The translations under genes and the position numbers were made by a program. Below are positions 18,205 through 26,055 of a stretch of DNA of 64,000 bases, in pieces. A model generated the notes under the pieces. That model saw nothing but the letters and a program-made list of their open reading frames with translations, had not been told where the DNA came from and did no database searches. The first letter of the stretch is position 1. Each line of letters opens with the position of its first letter. The stretch comes from Bacteroidia bacterium. Its GTDB lineage: Bacteria; Bacteroidota; Bacteroidia; 2-12-FULL-35-15. The stretch spans positions 80,257 through 144,256 of the forward strand of contig JAGVJJ010000011.1 in NCBI GenBank assembly GCA_020051175.1. Reading direction: 5' to 3'.

Positions 18205-18509
18205 TTCTTATAGGGCATTTAAAAAAATGCTTCTATAAGGGCTTTTGTTTTTAGCTCTTAATAAATGTTTGTTTTCACCGGCTCTTAAGGACTTGAAAAA
18301 AAATTCCTCTTTAAAGGCTTTTAAATTCCGCTCTTATAGGGCTTCATTTTTACCGGCTCTTAAGGCACGAAAAAAAAATCTCTTTAAAGACTTTTTATTT
18401 GCGGCTTTTATAGGGCTTTATTTTTTGCTCTTATAGGAGCTTTAAAACTTTTCTTGTATAGGACATTCAAAACTTTTGTCCTAAAGGATTTTAAAACTTT
18501 TATAAGAAC
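18205..18509. repeat. Iteron-like array: 13 degenerate units of a CTCTTAWAGGRC-type core spaced 23-27 bp, with A-tracts between units
   Basis: Cores start at 18205, 18230, 18254, 18281, 18307, 18331, 18356, 18380, 18404, 18427, 18451, 18478 and 18497. Units 4-6 and 7-9 form a 75-bp higher-order duplication. Confidence 0.7.
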
Positions 18510-18679
18510 TTCAGGCGATAAAAATATTAGTAGTAGAGGAGGTATTCAAGGTGCTAATTGGTGAGTAGCTACAACTTTTACAAAAGTGAGAAAGGAGGAA
18601 ATGGTTAATCCTCTGCAATATCAATACATTGCAGAGTGTAATTATTTTAAAGAACTATAATGAAAAGCCACCAATTTTT

Positions 18680-18862
18680 TTAGTGAGAATGGTTTTGTTT
18701 TTGGCAACCAAGGTTAACAACAAATAACATCATTTGGTAACTAAGCCTTATTGACGAAAATATATCGCTACTTTTATTTATCAGTTGTTCTATTAAAATC
18801 AATGGCAGTAATACGATAAAGATCACCATCATTATTAGTTTTAGAATTGTTTTCTTTTTCAT
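18680..18862 (-). CDS. Possible small membrane protein (60 aa)
   Basis: N-terminus MKKKTILKLIMMVIFIVLLPLILI is hydrophobic. There is no other support. Confidence 0.25.
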   Translation of the reverse strand: MKKKTILKLIMMVIFIVLLPLILIEQLINKSSDIFSSIRLSYQMMLFVVNLGCQKQNHSH

Positions 18863-18897
18863 CTTTTGGATTTTTAGTTAAGTATAAGCGCAATTGA

Positions 18898-19227
18898 TTA
18901 GTATTTTAATTTTCGTAATTTCTGCTCTCTTTTCAGCTTCCTGTAAATTTCATCACGTAAATCGTTTAGGGGTTCGACACGATCTTCGGATAAAAAATCA
19001 ATACTCATTACTTTTTCCGACCAGTTTAAAAATTCCTCAAACAGCTTTTCTTCTTCATCGCTGCTGCCGAATCCCATCAAACGAAATATAGTTTCACTTA
19101 TATACAAGTCGAAGTTGAGTGTATCGAGGCCAGCCTTTAAAAGCCCCTGCACAAGGCGGTAACTTACCAGGTGATCCCGGAGCAGGGACATTATTAAATC
19201 CTCAGTTGGAATGGTGATTGCTTTCAT
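18898..19227 (-). CDS. Hypothetical protein (109 aa from MKAITIP)
   Basis: An internal ATG at 19227 was chosen because the upstream ORF-track extension is an AT-rich, low-complexity translation. The gene is divergent from the XRE gene. Confidence 0.45.
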   Translation of the reverse strand: MKAITIPTEDLIMSLLRDHLVSYRLVQGLLKAGLDTLNFDLYISETIFRLMGFGSSDEEEKLFEEFLNWSEKVMSIDFLSEDRVEPLNDLRDEIYRKLKREQKLRKLKY

Positions 19228-19378
19228 AGCGAAATTATTTTTGTATTTATAGTAATTTATTTTGTTTAAAACGAAATTCGCTATAAATATAAAATATTTT
19301 ATTAATACCATAAATAATTTTGTTTGTTTCAAAATAAATTACGGTTGTAACGCCATTATCGATGGATAAGGTTTATGT

Positions 19379-19386
19379 TATATTTG
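19379..19386 (+). promoter_or_regulatory. Candidate Bacteroidota -7 promoter box (TATATTTG)
   Basis: Matches TAnnTTTG, 34 nt upstream of the XRE ATG. Confidence 0.3.
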
Positions 19387-19419
19387 TGCTATTCCATTAA
19401 AAAAACAGGATTAATCGGC

Positions 19420-19644
19420 ATGAAAAAGGCTAAAAAAGCACTTAACAGGATAAAAATAGTATTGGCTCAAAAGGAAAAGAGTAATAAATGGCTGGCTGAA
19501 AAATTGAAAGTGAACGGCCCTACCGTTTCTCAATGGTGTACAAATAAAGCGCAACCGTCTTTAGAGACTTTTTATCAGATCGCTGAAGTGCTTGATGTCG
19601 AAGTTCGGAAATTAATCCAGCCTACTAAGGAAATAGACACTTAG
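19420..19644 (+). CDS. XRE-family helix-turn-helix transcriptional regulator
   Basis: KWLAEKLKVNGPTVSQWCTNKAQPSLETFYQIAEVLDV matches the HTH_3 pattern. Confidence 0.75.
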   Translation: MKKAKKALNRIKIVLAQKEKSNKWLAEKLKVNGPTVSQWCTNKAQPSLETFYQIAEVLDVEVRKLIQPTKEIDT

Positions 19645-20069
19645 TTGTAGAATAGCTCTTTTTTTAAGCCTTCGATTATTTTTTTTGTAACCGCTTTTGT
19701 GCCGGAGATGTCTGCTGAGATCTTATCTAAAACACGGCCAACCCAAATGTTATTTTTTGCAAGCTCTACCATTTTTTTGTGACCCTCTACTGCTTCTTGC
19801 CAGGTACAGTATCTATTCATTGATTCCGTTTCATCGCCATTAAAAATCATGCTTTCAAATAAAACGGGTTTGCTCTTTGGCGAATGGCTATGGTCAAGAA
19901 CAAGAAAAACGGTCGATATGGTTAATGCAACACCGTAATCTTCAATAAAAATTTTGTCCAGTGCAACCCGCCTGGCATCAGTATCAGATAATAGGCGATT
20001 CGCCTGTGCTGCATCTTTTGCAGGAACAGAATTTTTGTCTTTATCGAGTATGTACCACAACGGTCGCAC
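19641..20069 (-). CDS. Hypothetical protein (142 aa)
   Basis: ORF is convergent with the XRE gene and overlaps it by 4 nt. It is the last gene of a 3-gene minus-strand unit. Confidence 0.5.
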   Translation of the reverse strand: MRPLWYILDKDKNSVPAKDAAQANRLLSDTDARRVALDKIFIEDYGVALTISTVFLVLDHSHSPKSKPVLFESMIFNGDETESMNRYCTWQEAVEGHKKMVELAKNNIWVGRVLDKISADISGTKAVTKKIIEGLKKELFYN

Positions 20070-20087
20070 TGTACAAAAATAATTAAT

Positions 20088-21257
20088 CTAAATGAATATG
20101 CTTTTTAGGCGCTGAATAGCTTTGGGCGTGTAGCTGAAGTTTTCCCAGGCTATTTTGTGTGCGTAATTACCAATGTCTTTTCTGAGCTGAGCATTTGTTA
20201 TCAGTTGCTCACACTTGCTTATCCATTCTTCATCATTAGAAGCTATAAGCCCATTTTCCCCATCCTTAATAATTTTTGTGTAAGGCAAAATAGCGGCAAC
20301 AACTACCGGGATCATATTAGCAGAGAAATCAAGGAGCCTGTTGAGCGCTTTTCCTGATCCGTTGAAACTATTGTTGACGAAAGGAAGTAAGCCAATATCA
20401 AACGCAAGGCTGTTTAAACGGTTATGATAGTCCTGGAAAGGAACCGGTTTCTCATAAGTAATTTTCAGATCCTTCAGTACATCGTGTTGCTCTGCAACTT
20501 TTTTTGACCAGCCAAAAAGAATGATCTCAATTTTATCTTTGTGTTTTTCCAAAAGTGCTGCAAGTGGTTTTTCTATTGTTCTGAGATCATTAACCTGGCT
20601 TGCATCTAATATTAATCCTATCCGTATTTTCTCTGTTGAATTACGTTCTATTTGTGCGATTTCTTCAAACGTGTAATTGGAAAGAAGATTAGGATAACGC
20701 TCGAAGTAAATCAGAAATTCTTCATCATGCTGTTGCACCAGGTCGTTATAGTAATTCAATATCTGCGTATTGGGAGCGCAAAGGAGATCTACCTTTGCCA
20801 GGTTCATTATCAACGTGTCTTTTAGCTCCGGCTTCAGCTTTTTAAAGTCCGGGTGATAGTCGGGAAGCTCATGGTAATTTACTTCCATATCCATCACAAA
20901 CTCGATATCGTCATTAATTTCTCTCATGCTTTTAATGATATAGGAAGCATCTGTGAACATGACAGGGATCACGACATAATCTGCCCACTCTACCAAGCGG
21001 AAATCAATAGGTGTGTCGTAATCGTCAAAGAGTTTATTAAAATCCCACTTATGAATGTGACCAATGATGGCTGAATGTGTATCGGTTCTGTTAAGCTCCA
21101 ACGCAGGTAAGATCATTCGGTAATAACCCGTTTCATTCATGAAAGGTGAAAGAAACAGCACATGGATTTTATTATCGTCCATTTCAAATTGGGGGTACTT
21201 TTCTTTGAAATTCTTTACCGTATTTAAACGGATGTTGAGTTCTTTTACTGTTTTCAT
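20088..21257 (-). CDS. Glycosyltransferase, GT-B (GT1-like) fold
   Basis: The C-terminal half (IPVVVAAILPYTKIIKDGENGLIASNDEEW) fits the GT-B nucleotide-sugar-binding motif (G.PvV....e.i.dg.nG.l). Confidence 0.5.
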   Translation of the reverse strand: MKTVKELNIRLNTVKNFKEKYPQFEMDDNKIHVLFLSPFMNETGYYRMILPALELNRTDTHSAIIGHIHKWDFNKLFDDYDTPIDFRLVEWADYVVIPVMFTDASYIIKSMREINDDIEFVMDMEVNYHELPDYHPDFKKLKPELKDTLIMNLAKVDLLCAPNTQILNYYNDLVQQHDEEFLIYFERYPNLLSNYTFEEIAQIERNSTEKIRIGLILDASQVNDLRTIEKPLAALLEKHKDKIEIILFGWSKKVAEQHDVLKDLKITYEKPVPFQDYHNRLNSLAFDIGLLPFVNNSFNGSGKALNRLLDFSANMIPVVVAAILPYTKIIKDGENGLIASNDEEWISKCEQLITNAQLRKDIGNYAHKIAWENFSYTPKAIQRLKSIFI

Positions 21258-21261
21258 AATG

Positions 21262-21507
21262 TTAAATTTTAATTCCTTGTTCGTATCGCTCCAGCTCTAA
21301 GCCGGTTTCATTGTCATAAATAATAGCTGTGTTCGACAACGGTCCCCATTTTTGAATTAGAGAACGAAGTCGGGTTAGTCCCAGCTCCCTATCCTTGTAC
21401 CGAGAATATTTGTGTCTCCAGTCCAGGGAGTGAAATGTTCGTGCGTTTCCGTCAGCGAAGTACGCTACACATTTTGTGAGCGAATCTTGTTTTAATGTCC
21501 ATGCCAT
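21262..21507 (-). CDS. Hypothetical protein (81 aa)
   Basis: ORF ends 4 nt upstream of the glycosyltransferase start. Confidence 0.5.
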   Translation of the reverse strand: MAWTLKQDSLTKCVAYFADGNARTFHSLDWRHKYSRYKDRELGLTRLRSLIQKWGPLSNTAIIYDNETGLELERYEQGIKI

Positions 21508-21626
21508 GATTAAAAGTTTTATATTTGTGGTTAGTATTAAGTTGTTCTTTCAGTTTAAACAATTATAAATCAACGCCTTAACGGGATGTTAGGCGCATTT
21601 TTTACTAAATAAAATTTTTTCGATTT

Positions 21627-22097
21627 TTAGGAGGAATGGTTCGACTTCGTTCCCGTTAGGGGTACTTTAGCGGAAAAGCTGTCAGAAATGGCAGCTTTTT
21701 CTTTTTCACCCCATCCAAAACCCTTATTATTTCTGGTCAAAACATCCAATACCTCATTCACCTCAGCGGTTCGACAACCATTATTTCCAAAAACCAGCTT
21801 TTTGGGGAATAATGAACCAGCCAATATTCTTTTCCCTTCATAATCGCTTTCCAAAAACAATTTATCAAGATTCGCTAAAAGCTCTAAACCATCTCTAACA
21901 TATCCTTTAATTGAATCTGATTTACAACTAAGCACCTCAATTTCATTATTCAATTTCATAAGGTCGGTGTTAAGACGGTTCACCATGCTACTGAAATGCT
22001 CTGAACTTATCTTTTTACTTAGCAACATATCCTCAGCCTCAACAATACTCTCTTTTATCGTTTTTTGCTTATTTAAAGCACTTTCAAGTTTCTTTGA
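21627..22097 (-). pseudogene. Serine-recombinase gene fragment (C-terminal ~155 codons only; the catalytic N-terminus is missing)
   Basis: The coiled-coil and C-terminal region (...QSKKLESALNKQKTIKESIVEAEDMLLSKKISSEHF...GYVRDGLELLANLDKLFLESDYEGKRILAGSLFPKKLVF..CRT) resembles the tails of Bacteroidota large serine recombinases (from memory). No resolvase domain lies upstream. Confidence 0.5.
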
Positions 22098-22340
22098 TTG
22101 ATTACTGGTAGTTGTTATAATCTGGATGAACGATTAATTCAACACAAAAACAAGGTATTTACGGGGTTTACTTCAAATCACAGTGATTGGGAATTATATT
22201 ACTCTGTTAATGATTTGGAATATAAACAAGCAAGAAGTATAGAAGCTCACATCAAAAAAATGAAGAGCAGAAAATACCTACAAAACCTCATTCTATTTCC
22301 TGATATTACGAATAAATTAATTCTAAAATACAAAGCATAA
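22098..22340 (+). pseudogene. GIY-YIG nuclease-family gene, 5'-truncated (lacks the 'GIY' strand)
   Basis: ITGSCYNLDERLIQHKNK...ARSIEAHIKKMKSRKY fits YIG-x-T-x-[DN]L-x2-RL-x2-H ... E..iKk.sr.k. An in-frame TGA at 22095-22097 directly precedes the ORF. Confidence 0.55.
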
Positions 22341-22402
22341 ATGCAGGTTCGTCCCGATAGCTATCGGGACAAGGGGGCTTCCACCTCTGAAAGTTAATTT
22401 AA

Positions 22403-22440
22403 CCCTCATTTTCGTAAGAAAATGGGGGTTTTGTTTTTTT
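22403..22440 (+). terminator. Rho-independent terminator
   Basis: Stem ccctcatttt / aaaatggggg with loop cgtaag, followed by ttttgttttttt. Confidence 0.6.
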
Positions 22441-22494
22441 ATTAACTTTATACATGCGACCAATAAAAACTGGCAAACGCAACCCAATCAAAAA

Positions 22495-23082
22495 ATGACA
22501 AGTGCATTAAAAGAAAATATCAAAAAAGTTCTTCAACACCAGGTGGATGAAAAGCAATTTAGTTCATTTATGGCACTTATGGAAGAGAAAAACTTTGAAA
22601 AGAAAGCTTTGCTGTGCGAGGAAGGCGTTGTTTGTAAATATATCTATTTCATTGATAAAGGGTCGTGTTACTCTTACCTCACTGAGCCCGATGGAGAAAA
22701 ACAAGTTGTACAGTTTGCTATTGAAGGCAACTGGATATCTGACCTGTTCAGCTTTTTTTCAGAAAAAAAAGCGATTTATTGTGTTGAGGCACTTGAGCCG
22801 GTAAATGTGCTCGCATTAAACAAAAAAAACTTTCAGATTGCCTGTGATACCATTCCATGGGTTGACCGTTTTTTCAGGGTTTTAATTCAAAATGCTTATG
22901 TTGCACTTCAATACCGCATTGCAAAAACCAACAGTGAAGAAGCGGATGCAAGATATAAGGAATTTTCGAAACTTCATCCGCAGTTTATACAGCGCATACC
23001 CCAGTATTTAATTGCATCGTATTTAGGCATTAAACCTCAGTCGTTAAGCCGCATCCGTAAGGAAAGCATACATAAGGCCTGA
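22495..23082 (+). CDS. Crp/Fnr-family transcriptional regulator
   Basis: Has a cNMP-binding-like N-terminal domain and the C-terminal HTH RIPQYLIASYLGIKPQSLSRIRK. Confidence 0.8.
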   Translation: MTSALKENIKKVLQHQVDEKQFSSFMALMEEKNFEKKALLCEEGVVCKYIYFIDKGSCYSYLTEPDGEKQVVQFAIEGNWISDLFSFFSEKKAIYCVEALEPVNVLALNKKNFQIACDTIPWVDRFFRVLIQNAYVALQYRIAKTNSEEADARYKEFSKLHPQFIQRIPQYLIASYLGIKPQSLSRIRKESIHKA

Positions 23083-23363
23083 GACCTCCTGCTTTTTTAT
23101 CCGGATATTGAGCAATACCCTTTTCGCTAACATCAACCTTTTTAGTAATTGCTTTATCAATAATCAGCGGCCCAATGTATGAGGCACATTGTTTTTTTAA
23201 GCATCATTTCTTAACATATGTGAACGAAATCCGGACATGATTAACCGAACTTTGTACAAAGGATTACAATTAAACACGAATAAAAACAAGCCATAAAATT
23301 CAAAAAAAATAGTGAATATGGGATTCAACCAAAGTTATTGCAAGAACATATAACTCAAACAAA

Positions 23364-24254
23364 ATGAATCGAAAACAATTTTTAAAAACAATGGCATTAT
23401 TGCCAATATCAGCAGCAGCTATGAAACTTAACGCATTAGATACTATGGCGAAATCTTTCGTCAATACAGAAAAAATGCCTGTCTTGTTTTTAGGACACGG
23501 CAGTCCGATGAATGCAATTGAAGAAAATGAATTTGTGACCGGATTCAGAAATATCGGAAAGGATGTACCAAAACCGAAAGCGATACTCGTAATCTCTGCC
23601 CATTGGGAAACAAAAGGTACCTTTGTAACAGCGATGGAAAACCCGAAAACAATTCACGACTTCGGAGGCTTTCCAAAAGCGCTCTTTGACGTGCAGTATC
23701 CGGCTCCCGGAAGTCCCTGGCTTGCCAATGAAACAAAAGGGCTAATTAAAAAAACAAATGTAGGTCTGGATGAGCAATGGGGCCTGGACCATGGTGCATG
23801 GTCCGTAGTAAAACATTTGTATCCGAATGCAGATGTTCCTGTTATACAGATGAGCATTGATTATACGCAAAACGCTCAATACCATTATGACCTTGCCAAA
23901 GAACTTGCTGCATTGAGAGACAAAGGCGTTTTGATTATAGGCAGCGGAAATATGGTTCATAACCTGGGAGTGTTGGCCTGGGACAAACTGAATACCGACA
24001 ATTTCGGTTACGACTGGGCAATAGAAGCAAGTACGAAAATGAAACAGTTTATTTTATCCGGAGATCATAAGCCACTGATCAATTTTCAATCGCAGGGAAA
24101 AGCATTTGATATGGCCATTCCGAGCCCGGAGCACTATTTGCCAATGATATATACTCTGGCTTTAAAAGATGAAAAAGAGAAAATAACCCTGTTTAATGAT
24201 AAGGCCGTTGCAGGCTCGCTTACAATGACCTCAATAAAAATAGATAAAGCATAA
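23364..24254 (+). CDS. Class III extradiol dioxygenase (4,5-DOPA dioxygenase/YgiD-like) with an N-terminal signal
   Basis: Motifs LGHGSPMNA, ISAHWET, IHDFGGFP and WGLDHGAW. The N-terminus is MNRKQFLKTMALLPISAAAM. Confidence 0.8.
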   Translation: MNRKQFLKTMALLPISAAAMKLNALDTMAKSFVNTEKMPVLFLGHGSPMNAIEENEFVTGFRNIGKDVPKPKAILVISAHWETKGTFVTAMENPKTIHDFGGFPKALFDVQYPAPGSPWLANETKGLIKKTNVGLDEQWGLDHGAWSVVKHLYPNADVPVIQMSIDYTQNAQYHYDLAKELAALRDKGVLIIGSGNMVHNLGVLAWDKLNTDNFGYDWAIEASTKMKQFILSGDHKPLINFQSQGKAFDMAIPSPEHYLPMIYTLALKDEKEKITLFNDKAVAGSLTMTSIKIDKA

Positions 24255-24258
24255 AAAA

Positions 24259-25302
24259 ATGGAATTTGGTTTATATACATTCGCTGACCTGCGCCTTGAT
24301 GAAGTTTCGGGCAAACCTTTAAATACTCATCAACGGCTGGCAGATTTACTTGAAGAGATCAAACTTGCTGATGAGCTGGGGCTTGATGTATTTGGCGTAG
24401 GGGAGCATCATAGACCAGACTATGCTGTTTCTGCCCCAACAACCGTTCTCGCGGCAGCTGCCGTGCTAACGAAGAAAATTAAATTAAGTAGTGCCGTTAC
24501 GGTATTAAGCTCCGAAGATCCCGTGAGAGTATTTCAGCAGTTTGCCACCATAGATCAGCTCTCGGCAGGAAGGGCGGAAATAATGGTGGGACGGGGCTCT
24601 TTTATTGAGTCATTTCCACTATTCGGTTATGACCTGAAGGATTATGATGCTTTGTTCGAAGAAAAACTGAATATGCTCTTAAAGATAAACAGCTCTGAGT
24701 CCGTTTCCTGGAAAGGGAACTTTACCCAAACAATAACAGAAGCCAGAATTTTCCCACGTCCGTTCGGTGAGCATCTTGCCATATGGCAGGCAGTAGGTGG
24801 AACACCAGACTCCGCAATACGTGCTGGCAAACTAGGACTGCCACTTGCATTGGCCATCATTGGAGGAATGCCGGAGCAGTTTGTTCCATTCATTAATCTT
24901 TACAAAGATACATGGAGGAAATATCAGTCAGGTGAAAAGCAATTGCAGCTCGGCATCAACTCGCACGTTTACATAGCCGATGATTCTCAGATAGCTGCGG
25001 ACGAATTTTTTCCATCATATTCAGCTGTTATGAGCCGGATTGGCAAAGAACGCGGATGGCAGCCAATGAGCAGGATGCAATTTGATTATATGCGATCGCC
25101 CAAAGGTGCACTACTGGTGGGAAGCCCACAGCAGGTAACTGACAAAATCCTGTACGAACATGAATTATTTGGGAATACACGATTTCTTGCACAGATGAGT
25201 TTGGGCGACATGCCGCATAAGAAAATAATGAAGTCGATGGAGTTGTATGGTACCCAGGTTGTACCCGCTGTAAAAAAGGCACTTAAGCTAAAAGACGCAT
25301 GA
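24259..25302 (+). CDS. LLM-class (luciferase-like) flavin-dependent oxidoreductase
   Basis: The 347-aa length and the MEFGLYTFADL... start plus overall pattern are typical of the family (from memory). Confidence 0.7.
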   Translation: MEFGLYTFADLRLDEVSGKPLNTHQRLADLLEEIKLADELGLDVFGVGEHHRPDYAVSAPTTVLAAAAVLTKKIKLSSAVTVLSSEDPVRVFQQFATIDQLSAGRAEIMVGRGSFIESFPLFGYDLKDYDALFEEKLNMLLKINSSESVSWKGNFTQTITEARIFPRPFGEHLAIWQAVGGTPDSAIRAGKLGLPLALAIIGGMPEQFVPFINLYKDTWRKYQSGEKQLQLGINSHVYIADDSQIAADEFFPSYSAVMSRIGKERGWQPMSRMQFDYMRSPKGALLVGSPQQVTDKILYEHELFGNTRFLAQMSLGDMPHKKIMKSMELYGTQVVPAVKKALKLKDA

Positions 25303-26003
25303 AACAGATACTAACATTGCTACTACTTTTTTGTATGAACATGAAAACTGATACAGCAGCGGCAGGTGCTTTGGAGTACCTGGTAAGGCAGCCCAAAGTT
25401 AAAACAACTAAACCACCGGTTATAATTTTACTGCACGGGGTTGGAAGCAATGAAAAGGATCTGTTTTCATTCGCAAATCAATTACCGGATAGTTATCTTG
25501 TTATTTCAGCACGTGCTCCCTTTACACTGGGGCCGGAAAGCTTTGCCTGGTACCATGTTGGCTTCTCTGCGAGCAAACCCATTATTAACAAAGAAGAGGA
25601 AGAAAAAAGCAGGAATACGATTATTCAATTCATTACTGACCTAAAAAAAGACTTTGTATTTGATGAAGGACAGGTTTTTCTAGCGGGTTTTAGCCAGGGC
25701 GCAATAATGGCATATAGCGTAGGCTTAACACGCCCCGATCTGGTACGCGGGGTTATTGCAATGAGCGGAAGACTTCTGGATGAAGTAAAACCATCCATTG
25801 CATCTCAGGAAAAAGTATGTAAATTGAAAGTATTTATTTCTCACGGAACCAACGATCCCGTTTTAGGAATCCAGTATGCCCGCGAAAGTTTGGCTTTTCT
25901 TCAAACATTAAAGATAAATGCCACTTATAAAGAATACCCGGAAGGGCACACTATAAGCAGCACCATGCTAAGCAACATGGTGCAATGGTTACAGGAAATC
26001 TGA
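25299..26003 (+). CDS. Alpha/beta hydrolase (phospholipase/carboxylesterase family)
   Basis: Nucleophile elbow is LAGFSQGA. The gene has a 4-nt ATGA overlap with the upstream gene. Confidence 0.75.
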   Translation: MKQILTLLLLFCMNMKTDTAAAGALEYLVRQPKVKTTKPPVIILLHGVGSNEKDLFSFANQLPDSYLVISARAPFTLGPESFAWYHVGFSASKPIINKEEEEKSRNTIIQFITDLKKDFVFDEGQVFLAGFSQGAIMAYSVGLTRPDLVRGVIAMSGRLLDEVKPSIASQEKVCKLKVFISHGTNDPVLGIQYARESLAFLQTLKINATYKEYPEGHTISSTMLSNMVQWLQEI

Positions 26004-26055
26004 TACGGGCCTAACAATCTCTTTCAATGCTTTTTGCAAGTTAATATGCTCGTGG

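Larger units (their letters stand above)
1..22097. mobile_element. Remnant of an integrated mobile/accessory element (left end off-window; right end at a truncated recombinase)
   Basis: Content is typical of phage/ICE cargo: polyvalent MTase and SNF2 giants, nuclease genes, an XRE regulator, an iteron-like array and a serine-recombinase fragment at the right edge. It looks more A+T-rich than the region beyond 22.4 kb (not computed). No att repeats were identified. Confidence 0.55.

Noticed and set aside
18601-18660. A 19-codon micro-ORF (MVNPLQYQYIAECNYFKEL) preceded by AAAGGAGGAA, overlapping a 9-bp hairpin (18611-18636).
   Set aside because: It is too short to support, strong Shine-Dalgarno use is atypical for this lineage, and nothing could be checked for conservation. 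It is noted only as a possible leader peptide or small RNA region next to the iteron array.
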